Origin: Candidatus Cloacimonadales bacterium
GTDB taxonomy: Bacteria > Cloacimonadota > Cloacimonadia > Cloacimonadales > WRIO01
Assembly: GCA_041654875.1 (NCBI GenBank)
Contig: JBAZCP010000001.1
Span: 89,920 to 153,919 of the forward strand
Direction: 5' to 3'
Length of the DNA: 64,000 nucleotides
The notes under the pieces are model-generated. The model had not been told where the DNA came from, ran no database searches, and saw only the letters and a list, made by a program, of their open reading frames with translations. Every line of letters starts with the position of its first letter. Within the stretch, counting starts at the first letter, position 1. A program made the position numbers and the translations under genes. This document shows, one piece after another, positions 32,132 to 41,258 of the stretch.

Positions 32132-33202
32132 TTAATACTCAATTACGTTATCAACGAACCAATCCATATGCAAAAGATCATCTTTGTCTATGACTTCCAT
32201 AGCTTTTAGTCTAAGTTTTCCTTTATTATCAGTTATTGGACCCTCAAAAACATTTATAACTCCAACTTGTAATTCTTGTTTTCTGCGTTCGATATATTGT
32301 TTTATGTCATCTGTCACAAATTCATTAAAGGGTGACAAACCAACAAGCCCAGATTTTAGCCCCCAATCCACAGCTTCACTTTGCCACGTTTTATTATATA
32401 CTTGTTTTATAACTTCATCATATAGAACAGCCCAATTCCATACTGGAGCAGTGATATGAGTATTAGGTGCATAATTTGACATATCACAGTTAAAACCGAT
32501 AGACAAAACATTATGTTTTGCTGCCTCAATTTGAACATTAGCAGTATCAAGATTTTGTAAAATAATATCACAACCATTTTTAACAAGAGCATCAACTGCT
32601 TTAGATTCCTCTATAGGGTCATCCCAAGAGTTAGTCCATTTAACATATAAGCGTGCATTCTGATTGACATTTGCAATACCACGAGCATAGCTATTTATAT
32701 TGCGTACAACTTCTGCAATAGGCTCAGAGGCAACAATACCAATTTTATTGCTATTAGTTAAATACCCAGCACTTATGCCAGCGAGGTAGTTAGCCTCATA
32801 TAATCTTCCAATATAAGAGCCAACATTGTATGACAAGCCAGAATCTCTACAATGCATAAACACTATGCTTGGATAATTTGAAGCAACATTAAACACTGCT
32901 TCTGCGTGTTCATAAGATGTTGCAAATATAAGGTCATAACCTTGATCTGCAAACTGTTTCAAAGCTTGTTCTGTTTTTTCAGTTGTATTCATATTTTCTA
33001 TAGCTATCGTTTTTTCAACAATATCCAAATCTTTGATAGCTAATCTTCCCTGTTCGTGTGCATATGTCCAACCAGAGTCTCCAACTTGATTTAAGTAGAG
33101 AAACGCTACTTTAATTTTTTCTTTTTTATCTGTTTTTTTTATACATGATATGCTAAATAAAGAGTATAAAAGTAGAATACAAATAACAAATATTTTTTTC
33201 AT
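32132..33202 (-). CDS. BMP-family (Med/PnrA-like) substrate-binding lipoprotein
   Basis: Lipobox LFSISC and the BMP pattern KVAFLYLNQVGDSGWTYAHEQG. There are no adjacent ABC permease or ATPase genes. Confidence 0.75.
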   Translation of the reverse strand: MKKIFVICILLLYSLFSISCIKKTDKKEKIKVAFLYLNQVGDSGWTYAHEQGRLAIKDLDIVEKTIAIENMNTTEKTEQALKQFADQGYDLIFATSYEHAEAVFNVASNYPSIVFMHCRDSGLSYNVGSYIGRLYEANYLAGISAGYLTNSNKIGIVASEPIAEVVRNINSYARGIANVNQNARLYVKWTNSWDDPIEESKAVDALVKNGCDIILQNLDTANVQIEAAKHNVLSIGFNCDMSNYAPNTHITAPVWNWAVLYDEVIKQVYNKTWQSEAVDWGLKSGLVGLSPFNEFVTDDIKQYIERRKQELQVGVINVFEGPITDNKGKLRLKAMEVIDKDDLLHMDWFVDNVIEY

Positions 33203-33223
33203 TTTTACCTCCTATCAAAATAT

Positions 33224-34819
33224 TTAGTTATTCTTTGCCGCCTTTATAAATGCACTAAATATTGGGTGTGGGTTTTCTGGATTTGACTTAAATTCAGGAT
33301 GATACTGAACCCCTAAGTAAAAAGGATGATTATCAATTTCAATAATTTCAATTAACAAATCGTCTGGTGATGTGCCACTAAACTTCATTCCATGTTTCTC
33401 AAAGATGTCTCGATATTTATTATTAAACTCATATCTATGACGATGTCTTTCAGTTATATTTTCTTGTTTGTATATGCTAAATGCGAGGCTATCTGGAGTT
33501 AATTTACAAGGATATGCACCAAGTCTCATTGAGCCACCAATATCATCGATATATTTTTGGTCAGGCATAAGAGCGATAACTGGGTTTTTACAATTTTCAT
33601 TAAACTCACTGCTGTATGCATCTTCTATATTACATACGTTTTTGGCAAACTCGATGCTTGCTACTTGCATACCAAGACAAATTCCCAAGAAAGGTATTTT
33701 ATTTGTTCTTGCATACTTAACAATCTCGATTTTACCGTCAATTCCTCTTATACCAAAGCCTCCAGGTACAAGAATAGCATCAACATCGTTCAAAAGGCTA
33801 TGATACTCTTGTGAAGTGTATTGTGCTTCAGAGTCAATCCATTTAATATAAAGTTTTACATTATTCCATGCTGCTGCATGATACAGAGACTCAACAACGC
33901 TCTTATATGCATCTTTGTGTTCTATGTATTTACCGCAAATAGCAATTTTAATATTCCCATCTTGGGGGTTTTTTATATTGTTTAAGAAAGTATCCCATCT
34001 GGAAAAATCAACATTTCTTTCTTCGATTCTAAGATGTTGGCAAATACGGCTTTGCATTCCATCATCAAAATAAATCTTTGGTATTTCATAGACACAATCT
34101 ACATCAATTGCACTGAAAACATTTTTTTCTGATACATTGGTAAAAAGAGCAATTTTTTGCTTAATTTCTTCATCAAGCTCTTTTTCACAGCGGCATAATA
34201 AAATGTCAGGTTGAATTCCTATTTCTCTGAGCTTATAAGCACTATGTTGTGTGGGCTTAGTTTTAACTTCTCCTGCTGTTGGGATATATGGCACATAAGA
34301 AAGAAAGATAAACATTGAGTTTTCATAACCAACTTCGAGCCTAAACTGTCTAACTGCTTCTAAAAAAGGTAAGCTTTCAATATCACCGACTGTACCACCG
34401 ATTTCAGTGATAACTATATCGTTATCCACTGCAAGTTTTTTGATAAAGCGTTTAATTTCATTTGTAACGTGTGGTATTACTTGAACTGTCTTACCAAGAT
34501 ATTCGCCTTTTCTTTCTTTTTTAATCACATTTTCATAAATCACGCCAGAGGTCGTATTTGAATTTCTGTTTGTTGCAAGCCCAGTAAATCTTTCATAATG
34601 ACCCAAATCCAAATCAGTTTCAGCACCATCTTCTGTTACAAAGACTTCTCCGTGTTGAAAGGGGCTCATTGTACCAGGATCGACATTTAAATAAGGGTCA
34701 AGCTTTTGCATAGCTACTTTATAACCCATTTTCTGTAGCAAAAATCCTATGGATGCCGATGCTATACCTTTACCCAGAGACGACAATACACCGCCGATTA
34801 CGAAAATATGTTTTGCCAT
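33224..34819 (-). CDS. pyrG: CTP synthase
   Basis: 531 aa with GGVLSSLGKGI and GATase GICLGMQ motifs. Confidence 0.97.
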   Translation of the reverse strand: MAKHIFVIGGVLSSLGKGIASASIGFLLQKMGYKVAMQKLDPYLNVDPGTMSPFQHGEVFVTEDGAETDLDLGHYERFTGLATNRNSNTTSGVIYENVIKKERKGEYLGKTVQVIPHVTNEIKRFIKKLAVDNDIVITEIGGTVGDIESLPFLEAVRQFRLEVGYENSMFIFLSYVPYIPTAGEVKTKPTQHSAYKLREIGIQPDILLCRCEKELDEEIKQKIALFTNVSEKNVFSAIDVDCVYEIPKIYFDDGMQSRICQHLRIEERNVDFSRWDTFLNNIKNPQDGNIKIAICGKYIEHKDAYKSVVESLYHAAAWNNVKLYIKWIDSEAQYTSQEYHSLLNDVDAILVPGGFGIRGIDGKIEIVKYARTNKIPFLGICLGMQVASIEFAKNVCNIEDAYSSEFNENCKNPVIALMPDQKYIDDIGGSMRLGAYPCKLTPDSLAFSIYKQENITERHRHRYEFNNKYRDIFEKHGMKFSGTSPDDLLIEIIEIDNHPFYLGVQYHPEFKSNPENPHPIFSAFIKAAKNN

Positions 34820-34879
34820 TTATAACCACCTTTTCTTTTATTCATATTTTTTTTATATTTAGTTAGTCAAAAGACAAAC

Positions 34880-35932
34880 CTATGTCTCTGATTCGAGAAT
34901 ATTAATATTATGTTGATAAAGCTTAGTTTTTGAATTTGCCAAGCTAATTGTTTTATTGTTTATTTGCAATCTTATGCAGCAGTTATTTAACATACATTCA
35001 TCGAACAGTAAATAACCAGTGTTCTTTGTCAATGCTGGGTTCAGCCCTACAGTTAGATATGCTTCTTGCAAAGAATTCATTAATAATTTGTTTAAAAAGA
35101 TATTGTCATCATTTTGATTAAGAAAATCAGTAGCAATGATTTTACCTTTTTCAAAGATTATTTGAACATCGCTATAGGATTTGGTATCCAAATACACCTT
35201 ATCTGCATAAAAAATGCCATCTAAGCTGTCAATTTTCTTTTCTATCCTACCTGTTGGGAGAACCATAAAGCAACGACTTCCAAAATCTCCATTATACATC
35301 TGAGTATCAGTAATTGTGAACTTTACTTCAAGATTTCTATCTTCAGTTATTAAATTACATTTATCATGCTTTTTAAACTTATTCTCAGCTATGAGTGACT
35401 GTTTTTTGAGTTCATGATAGTCAATATTAATTGCTTTGAGATAGCTATTATTAAGAGCTTGATAATCAAGATTATAGTATGTGGCTAAAGCATTGGTAGG
35501 CAATCCCATAAGCACAACTTTTTTACTTTGTTTTCTTATTTGGTGCCATAATTCATTAGCTGAAATATTATAGCGGCTCAAGTAATATAAAGGCATATCA
35601 TCCATAAAATATGGATTAGATTTCCAACTAAAATCGATAAATATATCAGCAAGGCTAACCCATTTTTCATAGTATTGGTTTGGCATATTTAACTCATTCA
35701 AACTTAATTCAGAAAACACTCTTTTACGAAGATTTTCAGACGCTATATCCAAAATAGGGAATGCTTGAATTTTCCTAACAACCAAAGCAAATTCTTCAAG
35801 TAGCGGTATTTCAACCAAAGGATCATCCAAATCGTACCCATTATGAAGTTCAGCACTAAGATTTATTGTCATATTTTGCTTAACTTTTATGACATTATGA
35901 ATGATATTAAATGCTATTGCTGCTAAATCCAT
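34880..35932 (-). CDS. Hypothetical protein, possibly a degenerate M29 (AmpS/PepS-like) aminopeptidase fold
   Basis: 350 aa. Only loose pattern resemblance to M29 (VLPTGRIEKKIDSLDGIFYADKV; IIFEKGKII...LTVGLNPAL). Confidence 0.3.
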   Translation of the reverse strand: MDLAAIAFNIIHNVIKVKQNMTINLSAELHNGYDLDDPLVEIPLLEEFALVVRKIQAFPILDIASENLRKRVFSELSLNELNMPNQYYEKWVSLADIFIDFSWKSNPYFMDDMPLYYLSRYNISANELWHQIRKQSKKVVLMGLPTNALATYYNLDYQALNNSYLKAINIDYHELKKQSLIAENKFKKHDKCNLITEDRNLEVKFTITDTQMYNGDFGSRCFMVLPTGRIEKKIDSLDGIFYADKVYLDTKSYSDVQIIFEKGKIIATDFLNQNDDNIFLNKLLMNSLQEAYLTVGLNPALTKNTGYLLFDECMLNNCCIRLQINNKTISLANSKTKLYQHNINILESET

Positions 35933-35975
35933 TATTTGTTATACTCCTAAAACTTTCTATAATAACACTAAGATG

Positions 35976-36794
35976 CTAAAGTCTATCCACATACCAAGTC
36001 TCACCAAGTTTAACTTTGGATAGTGTAAAATTCTTAATATCAAGAATATCCTGTGCTATTTTGCAAAATTTCTCCTCATTATCACTAACAAAGAATAAGT
36101 CTTTACCTTTTTCGATATTTTCACCATTCTTTAAAACACTTTCTATATCAGATAAAATCGAAGTTGCTGAATCTACAAGATTTACTTCATTACCCATAAA
36201 TTCTTGTATTGCTGTTTTTAAGATTGGATAGTGTGTACAACCAAGAACAAGTGTGTCAATGTTTTTGGTTTTAAAATCTTCTAAATACTCTTTTATTATA
36301 TCACGAGTAATTGGATGATTTGCCCAACCTTCCTCTGCCAACGAAACGAATAGGGGACAGGCTTTAGAATAAATAATAACATCAGGGTTAATATTATGAA
36401 TAGTCTTTGTATACGCTTCACTTCGAATCGTTCCTTCTGTTCCAATTACTCCTATTTTATTGTTTTTACTTACTTTTACAGCGTTCATTGCACCAGGCTC
36501 TATGACTCCGAGTATTGGTATATCAAACATTTTTTTTAAAACATTAAGAGAAACTGCAGAGGATGTATTACAAGCAATAACAACCATTTTAACGTCTTCT
36601 TGTATCAAGAAACGGGTGTTTTGAATAGAGTAATCAATCACTGTATTCTTTGATTTTGGTCCATAAGGGACACGTGCTGTATCTCCAAAATAGATAATAT
36701 CTTCATATGGAAATTTTTTGCGGATTTCTTTGAAGACTGTTAGCCCTCCAACACCTGAATCAAATACTCCAATTGCTTGTTTTTTTCGTTTCAT
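35976..36794 (-). CDS. murI: Glutamate racemase
   Basis: IGVFDSGVGGLTV, ACNTSS and GCTHYP motifs. Confidence 0.94.
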   Translation of the reverse strand: MKRKKQAIGVFDSGVGGLTVFKEIRKKFPYEDIIYFGDTARVPYGPKSKNTVIDYSIQNTRFLIQEDVKMVVIACNTSSAVSLNVLKKMFDIPILGVIEPGAMNAVKVSKNNKIGVIGTEGTIRSEAYTKTIHNINPDVIIYSKACPLFVSLAEEGWANHPITRDIIKEYLEDFKTKNIDTLVLGCTHYPILKTAIQEFMGNEVNLVDSATSILSDIESVLKNGENIEKGKDLFFVSDNEEKFCKIAQDILDIKNFTLSKVKLGETWYVDRL

Positions 36795-36803
36795 TATTAG
36801 CTC

Positions 36804-37868
36804 TTATGGTAGGATGTTTTCTAATACTTTTTCATCAATCTTTTCAATAAGTTTTATTATTAAATTAAGTGTAGCTTGATAATCAGACATTTTAATCATA
36901 CCGTTATGGCTATGTGCATAGCGTACAGGTACTGCTAACACAACAGTAGGGACTCCGAGGTTTGACACATGAATCTTTGCAGCATCAGTACCACCTGATT
37001 TTCTTACTGCAATCTGGTATGGTATTTTATTTTCTTCGCAGACATCAATTACAAGATTTTTTAATGCTGGGTTTGTAATCATGGTAGGGTCTATAACACG
37101 CATTTGCAGACCTTTGCCCAAACCACATTGCATTTCGTCTCGATTGCCTGGAAAGTCGTCTCCAGGAGAGCCTTCAAGTACAATAGCCAAATCTGGCTTT
37201 ACCAAATTAGCGATGGTTTGAGCTCCTCTTGTACCAACTTCTTCTTGTGCTGATCCTGCACAGAAGATTGTATTGGGGTGTTTGTTTTCTTTAAAATATT
37301 GGGCTGTTTCGATTGCAAGTGCAATACCTGCTCTATCATCAAAAGCTTTTGAAATCATAATGTCTTTATCTTCGATATAATGGTAGTGAGTAATTGGAAC
37401 AATAAAGTCGCCTTTTCTAATCTCAAATTTTTCGATTATTTCAGTGTCTGATTCAGCACCTAAATCAATATACATATCTTCCAAGGTAAGTCGCCCAGTG
37501 CTGTCTTTGAGATGATGAACTGGCACAGAGCCAATTAGTCCTGTAAATCTTTGCCCTTTATGATTTATAACTTCAACAGGAGATGACATAAGAGTACGTG
37601 GATCCCAGCCACCGATATTTATAAATCTCAGCAAACCATTTTTTGTGATAGAATGGACCATAAAGCCAATTTCATCAAGATGACCTACAAGTAAAATTCG
37701 AGGTTTTTCTGAACTACCTTTTAGTTCAAATGCAATAGAGCCTAAATTGTCTTTTATAAATGGGACATTGTCTCCAATTTGAGATATCATGTACTCTCTG
37801 ATTGGCTTTTCATCCCCAGAAACACCAGGTAATAATGTAAGATTCTTTAAAATTTCTTTTGAACTCAT
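36804..37868 (-). CDS. M42-family aminopeptidase (FrvX/PepA-like)
   Basis: 354 aa with LLPGVSGDE, GHLDEIGF and AFDDRAG motifs. Confidence 0.85.
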   Translation of the reverse strand: MSSKEILKNLTLLPGVSGDEKPIREYMISQIGDNVPFIKDNLGSIAFELKGSSEKPRILLVGHLDEIGFMVHSITKNGLLRFINIGGWDPRTLMSSPVEVINHKGQRFTGLIGSVPVHHLKDSTGRLTLEDMYIDLGAESDTEIIEKFEIRKGDFIVPITHYHYIEDKDIMISKAFDDRAGIALAIETAQYFKENKHPNTIFCAGSAQEEVGTRGAQTIANLVKPDLAIVLEGSPGDDFPGNRDEMQCGLGKGLQMRVIDPTMITNPALKNLVIDVCEENKIPYQIAVRKSGGTDAAKIHVSNLGVPTVVLAVPVRYAHSHNGMIKMSDYQATLNLIIKLIEKIDEKVLENILP

Positions 37869-38348
37869 AACATACTCACTTTCTATATTAGATCTTTTAT
37901 ATCACTTTCTACAATTAATGAGATTTGTCAAGAAAATTCACTAATAATTGTGATAAAAAAATAATAAAACCAATAATTTGATTATTTGAAAATTCTTAAA
38001 AGACTAATAACAAGACAGATAAATATGCTTATATTGTAAATATTATTATAAATACTGCATAGATTAGCAATTTGTAACTATCTTCTTTATAGTTCGATAA
38101 TGGAGATATATTCCTTTTTATATTTATAAATAATAATTAGAAGAGCTAAAATATCAGTTTATTGAAACTATATCGATGCAATTGCTTTTTGATATTAGTT
38201 TTTTTTTCGGTTATACACACATAAAAATTAGTATTCTACTGATAACTATTATGGATATTTACTTGTTAAACTGAAAATATTATAGGTTCTTGAACAATCT
38301 CCTTTAATTATCCTAAATAAGGCTATCTTAAACTCTAAACACTCCTTA

Positions 38349-38423
38349 TTGATTCCCCTTTAAATCCCCTTCATTCTCCAAGATAGCAACGGGATGGTAA
38401 CGGGATGGTAACGGGATGGTATT
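38349..38423 (+). repeat. Locus 3 of the 11-bp tandem array family: conserved flank (38349-38390) plus the array (38386-38423)
   Basis: GCAACGGGATG and GTAACGGGATG x2, then GTATT. The flank TTGATTCCCCTTTAAATCCCCTTCATTCTCCAAGATAGCAAC matches the locus-1 flank at 37 of 43 aligned columns. Confidence 0.95.
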
Positions 38424-38569
38424 AAGAAAACAATTATTTTGGACTAATCATCTCATATAAACAACTATATTACTTAATATTAATAAACCGATACTTGAAG
38501 ATATATATTGACTTATATTGTATGCTTAGAAATTTGTCAATTTAAAGAGATAAAATAAATGGAGGATAA

Positions 38570-39418
38570 ATGAACCTTAAAGAAGTAAAAAGCTATATTT
38601 TCATAACTATTGGTTTGTTTATGAATGCTTTTGCATGGGCAGCTTTTCTCATCCCTCACGAAATCGTAGGTGGTGGAATCAGCGGGGTAGGTCTGGTAAT
38701 TTTTTCAAAGACAGGCATTCCAGTTGGTATTACAGTTCTAATTTGTAATCTTATACTTATTCTTATAGCACTCAAAGTGCTTGGTTCAAAGTTTGGAGCA
38801 AAGACAATTTATGGTATATTTGCATTATCAACATCACTTTCAATTCTACAAAAACTAATTCCTAATGCACTTGTATCAGATCCTTTTTTAGCAACATTAT
38901 TAGGAGGTGCAATAGGTGGATCAGGTATGGGTATTGCTTTTACGCAAGGTGGAAGCTCTGGAGGAACAGATATTATTGCGATGATGGTCAATAAATACAG
39001 ATACATTAGCCCTGGTAAAGTAATCTTATTTATTGATATTTTTATCATTTCATCATCATTTTTTATTTACAATTCAATTGAAAAAATCATTTATGGCTTT
39101 ATTGTAATGACAGTAGCAACATATTCAATAGATATGGTTATCAACGGTGCACGAGAATCAGTGCAAATAATGATTATATCAAAACATTTTGAAGAGATAG
39201 CAAATCAAATTGGTGTTGAATTGAATAGAGGTGTTACTTTACTTAATGGCAAAGGTTGGTATTCAAAAGAAGATATACAAGTTGTAATGACAATGTCCCA
39301 CAAAACGCAAGCGAGTGAGATTATGCAAATTGTTTCAAGTATAGATAAAGAAGCCTTTGTATCAATGGCTCGTGTAATGGCTGTTTTTGGAAAAGGATTT
39401 GAGCAATTAAGACACTAA
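38570..39418 (+). CDS. YitT-family membrane protein (DUF2179 C-terminal domain)
   Basis: 282 aa with a multi-TM N-terminus carrying the GGISG/GGSSGGTDI motifs and a soluble C-terminal domain. Confidence 0.8.
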   Translation: MNLKEVKSYIFITIGLFMNAFAWAAFLIPHEIVGGGISGVGLVIFSKTGIPVGITVLICNLILILIALKVLGSKFGAKTIYGIFALSTSLSILQKLIPNALVSDPFLATLLGGAIGGSGMGIAFTQGGSSGGTDIIAMMVNKYRYISPGKVILFIDIFIISSSFFIYNSIEKIIYGFIVMTVATYSIDMVINGARESVQIMIISKHFEEIANQIGVELNRGVTLLNGKGWYSKEDIQVVMTMSHKTQASEIMQIVSSIDKEAFVSMARVMAVFGKGFEQLRH

Positions 39419-39480
39419 AATAATGTTTGACAAAAATAGATAGTCTTGCAAAATGGATAAAAATTCTTAATTGAGGGCAT

Positions 39481-40491
39481 ATGAAAAAACGATACTGGCT
39501 TAATCTAATTGTTATTATATTGTTAATAGCTTTTTCATTTTATCGATACAAACAAAGAATCTATACTGTAAAAAATTCACAGATTATGATGGATACACAG
39601 ATTGATATTTCAATATCTTCGAAAAATAAATCTGTTAACAGAATTGTTGATAAAAGTTTTAACATTGTCCGGATTTTTGATGACAAATTTTCGTATTATA
39701 ACGAGAACAGCGATCTTAATAAAATCAATGCCAGCACTTCAGATTCAATAAATATTGATCGTGATTTTTATGATATTTTTAAAATAGCCGAAGATATATA
39801 CCAACAAAGTAACGGTTTGTATGATGTTTCTATTGGTAACTTAATCGAGCTTTGGGATTTTAATGAAGGAGATATTCCTTCGAAAGAAAAACTTGACTCC
39901 ATAATAGGAAACGATACGTTTGAATTGATTCAGTTTGATAGCAAAATACTTAAAAAACCAAAAAATATGAAAATAAATCTTGGCAGTATTAGCAAAGGGT
40001 TTATAATCGACAAAGCAATGAGTTTTGTTGTTAAGCAAGGTGTTGAAGAGGCATTTATTAATGCTGGTGGAGACTTAAAAGTATATCGAAAAGATGAAAA
40101 ACCTATCAAAATTGGAATTCAACACCCAAGAATACCAAATAAAATAATTGCTACATTAAAAGTTAGCAATAAAGCAGTAGTTACTTCAGGAGATTATGAG
40201 CGATATTTTGAAAAGGATGGGAAACGGTATCACCATATAATAAATCCCAAAACAGGATTCCCTGCTCAAAACACAATCTCTGTAACTGTAATTTCTGAGT
40301 CTGCTACATTGGCAGATGCATTGTCAACAGCTTTATTTGTAATGAACCCAATAGATGGTATTGATTTAATAAAACAATATCCAGAAACAGAAGCTATTAT
40401 ATATTATCAGTCAGGCGATGGGCTCATATCATTAAAGTCTGAAGGAATGAAAGAATACATAGTATCGGAGTTGAATATTGATACAAAATGA
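39481..40491 (+). CDS. apbE: FAD:protein FMN transferase
   Basis: 336 aa with a signal anchor and ApbE motifs (MDTQIDISI, GSISKGFIIDKA, SGDYERYF..GKRYHHIINPKTG). Confidence 0.85.
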   Translation: MKKRYWLNLIVIILLIAFSFYRYKQRIYTVKNSQIMMDTQIDISISSKNKSVNRIVDKSFNIVRIFDDKFSYYNENSDLNKINASTSDSINIDRDFYDIFKIAEDIYQQSNGLYDVSIGNLIELWDFNEGDIPSKEKLDSIIGNDTFELIQFDSKILKKPKNMKINLGSISKGFIIDKAMSFVVKQGVEEAFINAGGDLKVYRKDEKPIKIGIQHPRIPNKIIATLKVSNKAVVTSGDYERYFEKDGKRYHHIINPKTGFPAQNTISVTVISESATLADALSTALFVMNPIDGIDLIKQYPETEAIIYYQSGDGLISLKSEGMKEYIVSELNIDTK

Positions 40492-41254
40492 TATACAAAA
40501 CCAAAAAGATAATCGTAATATTAAAATAGATAAAGTAGGCGTTAAAAATATTAGCTATCCAATTATTGTTGAAGATAGGACAAATAAAACTCAACATACT
40601 ATTGCAAATATTGATATTTTTGTTGATCTTACCGAAGTCTTTCGTGGCACACATATGAGTAGGTTTTTAGAAGTACTTAATAGCTATCATCAAGAAGTGC
40701 TGATTGATAATTTAGAAGCATTTTTAAACGACATTAAAGAAAAGCTTGGCTCCAATACTGCATATATTAATCTAAGTTTTCCCTATTTTATAAAAAAAAT
40801 AGCACCTGTGTCGAAAATTGAGTCTTTGCTGAACTACCAATGCGAATTTTCAGCAAGTCTAAAAAATGAATTAGACTTTATAATTGGTGTTACAGCACCT
40901 GTTACCGCTTTATGCCCTTGTTCGAAAGAAATAAGCGAGTATGGTGCACACAACCAAAGATCTGCTGTAACTCTCAAAGTTAAATACAAAGGCTTTGTCT
41001 GGCTGGAGGAATTAATTGAATATATTGAAAGTTCGGCAAGTTGTGAGGTTTTTCCTTTGTTAAAAAGAGTAGATGAAAAATTTGTTACAGAACAAGCTTA
41101 TGATAATCCATACTTTGTCGAAGACATTGTCAGAGAGATCGCTATAAAAGTAAAGGAAGATAAAAGAATTACCTGGTTTTCAGTTGAAGCAGAAAACTTT
41201 GAATCGATTCATAATCATTCAGCCTATGCTTTTATTGAACAGGATAACGTATAA
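40478..41254 (+). CDS. folE2: GTP cyclohydrolase FolE2/MptA family (type IB)
   Basis: 258 aa with IDKVGVKNISYPI, GTHMSRF and CPCSKEIS motifs. TTG start with GGAG upstream; the start is uncertain. Confidence 0.8.
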   Translation: MIQNDIQNQKDNRNIKIDKVGVKNISYPIIVEDRTNKTQHTIANIDIFVDLTEVFRGTHMSRFLEVLNSYHQEVLIDNLEAFLNDIKEKLGSNTAYINLSFPYFIKKIAPVSKIESLLNYQCEFSASLKNELDFIIGVTAPVTALCPCSKEISEYGAHNQRSAVTLKVKYKGFVWLEELIEYIESSASCEVFPLLKRVDEKFVTEQAYDNPYFVEDIVREIAIKVKEDKRITWFSVEAENFESIHNHSAYAFIEQDNV

Positions 41255-41258
41255 AACA

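Noticed and set aside
37869-38348. The roughly 480 bp of ORF-free sequence left of array 3, examined as a possible degraded mobile element, tRNA or other structured RNA.
   Set aside because: It is uniformly AT-rich. It has no GC-rich stems, no tRNA-like cloverleaf segments, no inverted terminal repeats and no gene fragments recognisable in any frame.
41184-41258. An upstream start for the M16 peptidase overlapping folE2 by 71 nt. Likewise the MKGGEN extension of rpsU (21364-21381) and the MKCMRQ extension of the HDOD gene (45810-45857).
   Set aside because: In each case an internal ATG gives the family-typical N-terminus, removes a long overlap, or exposes the SD sequence.
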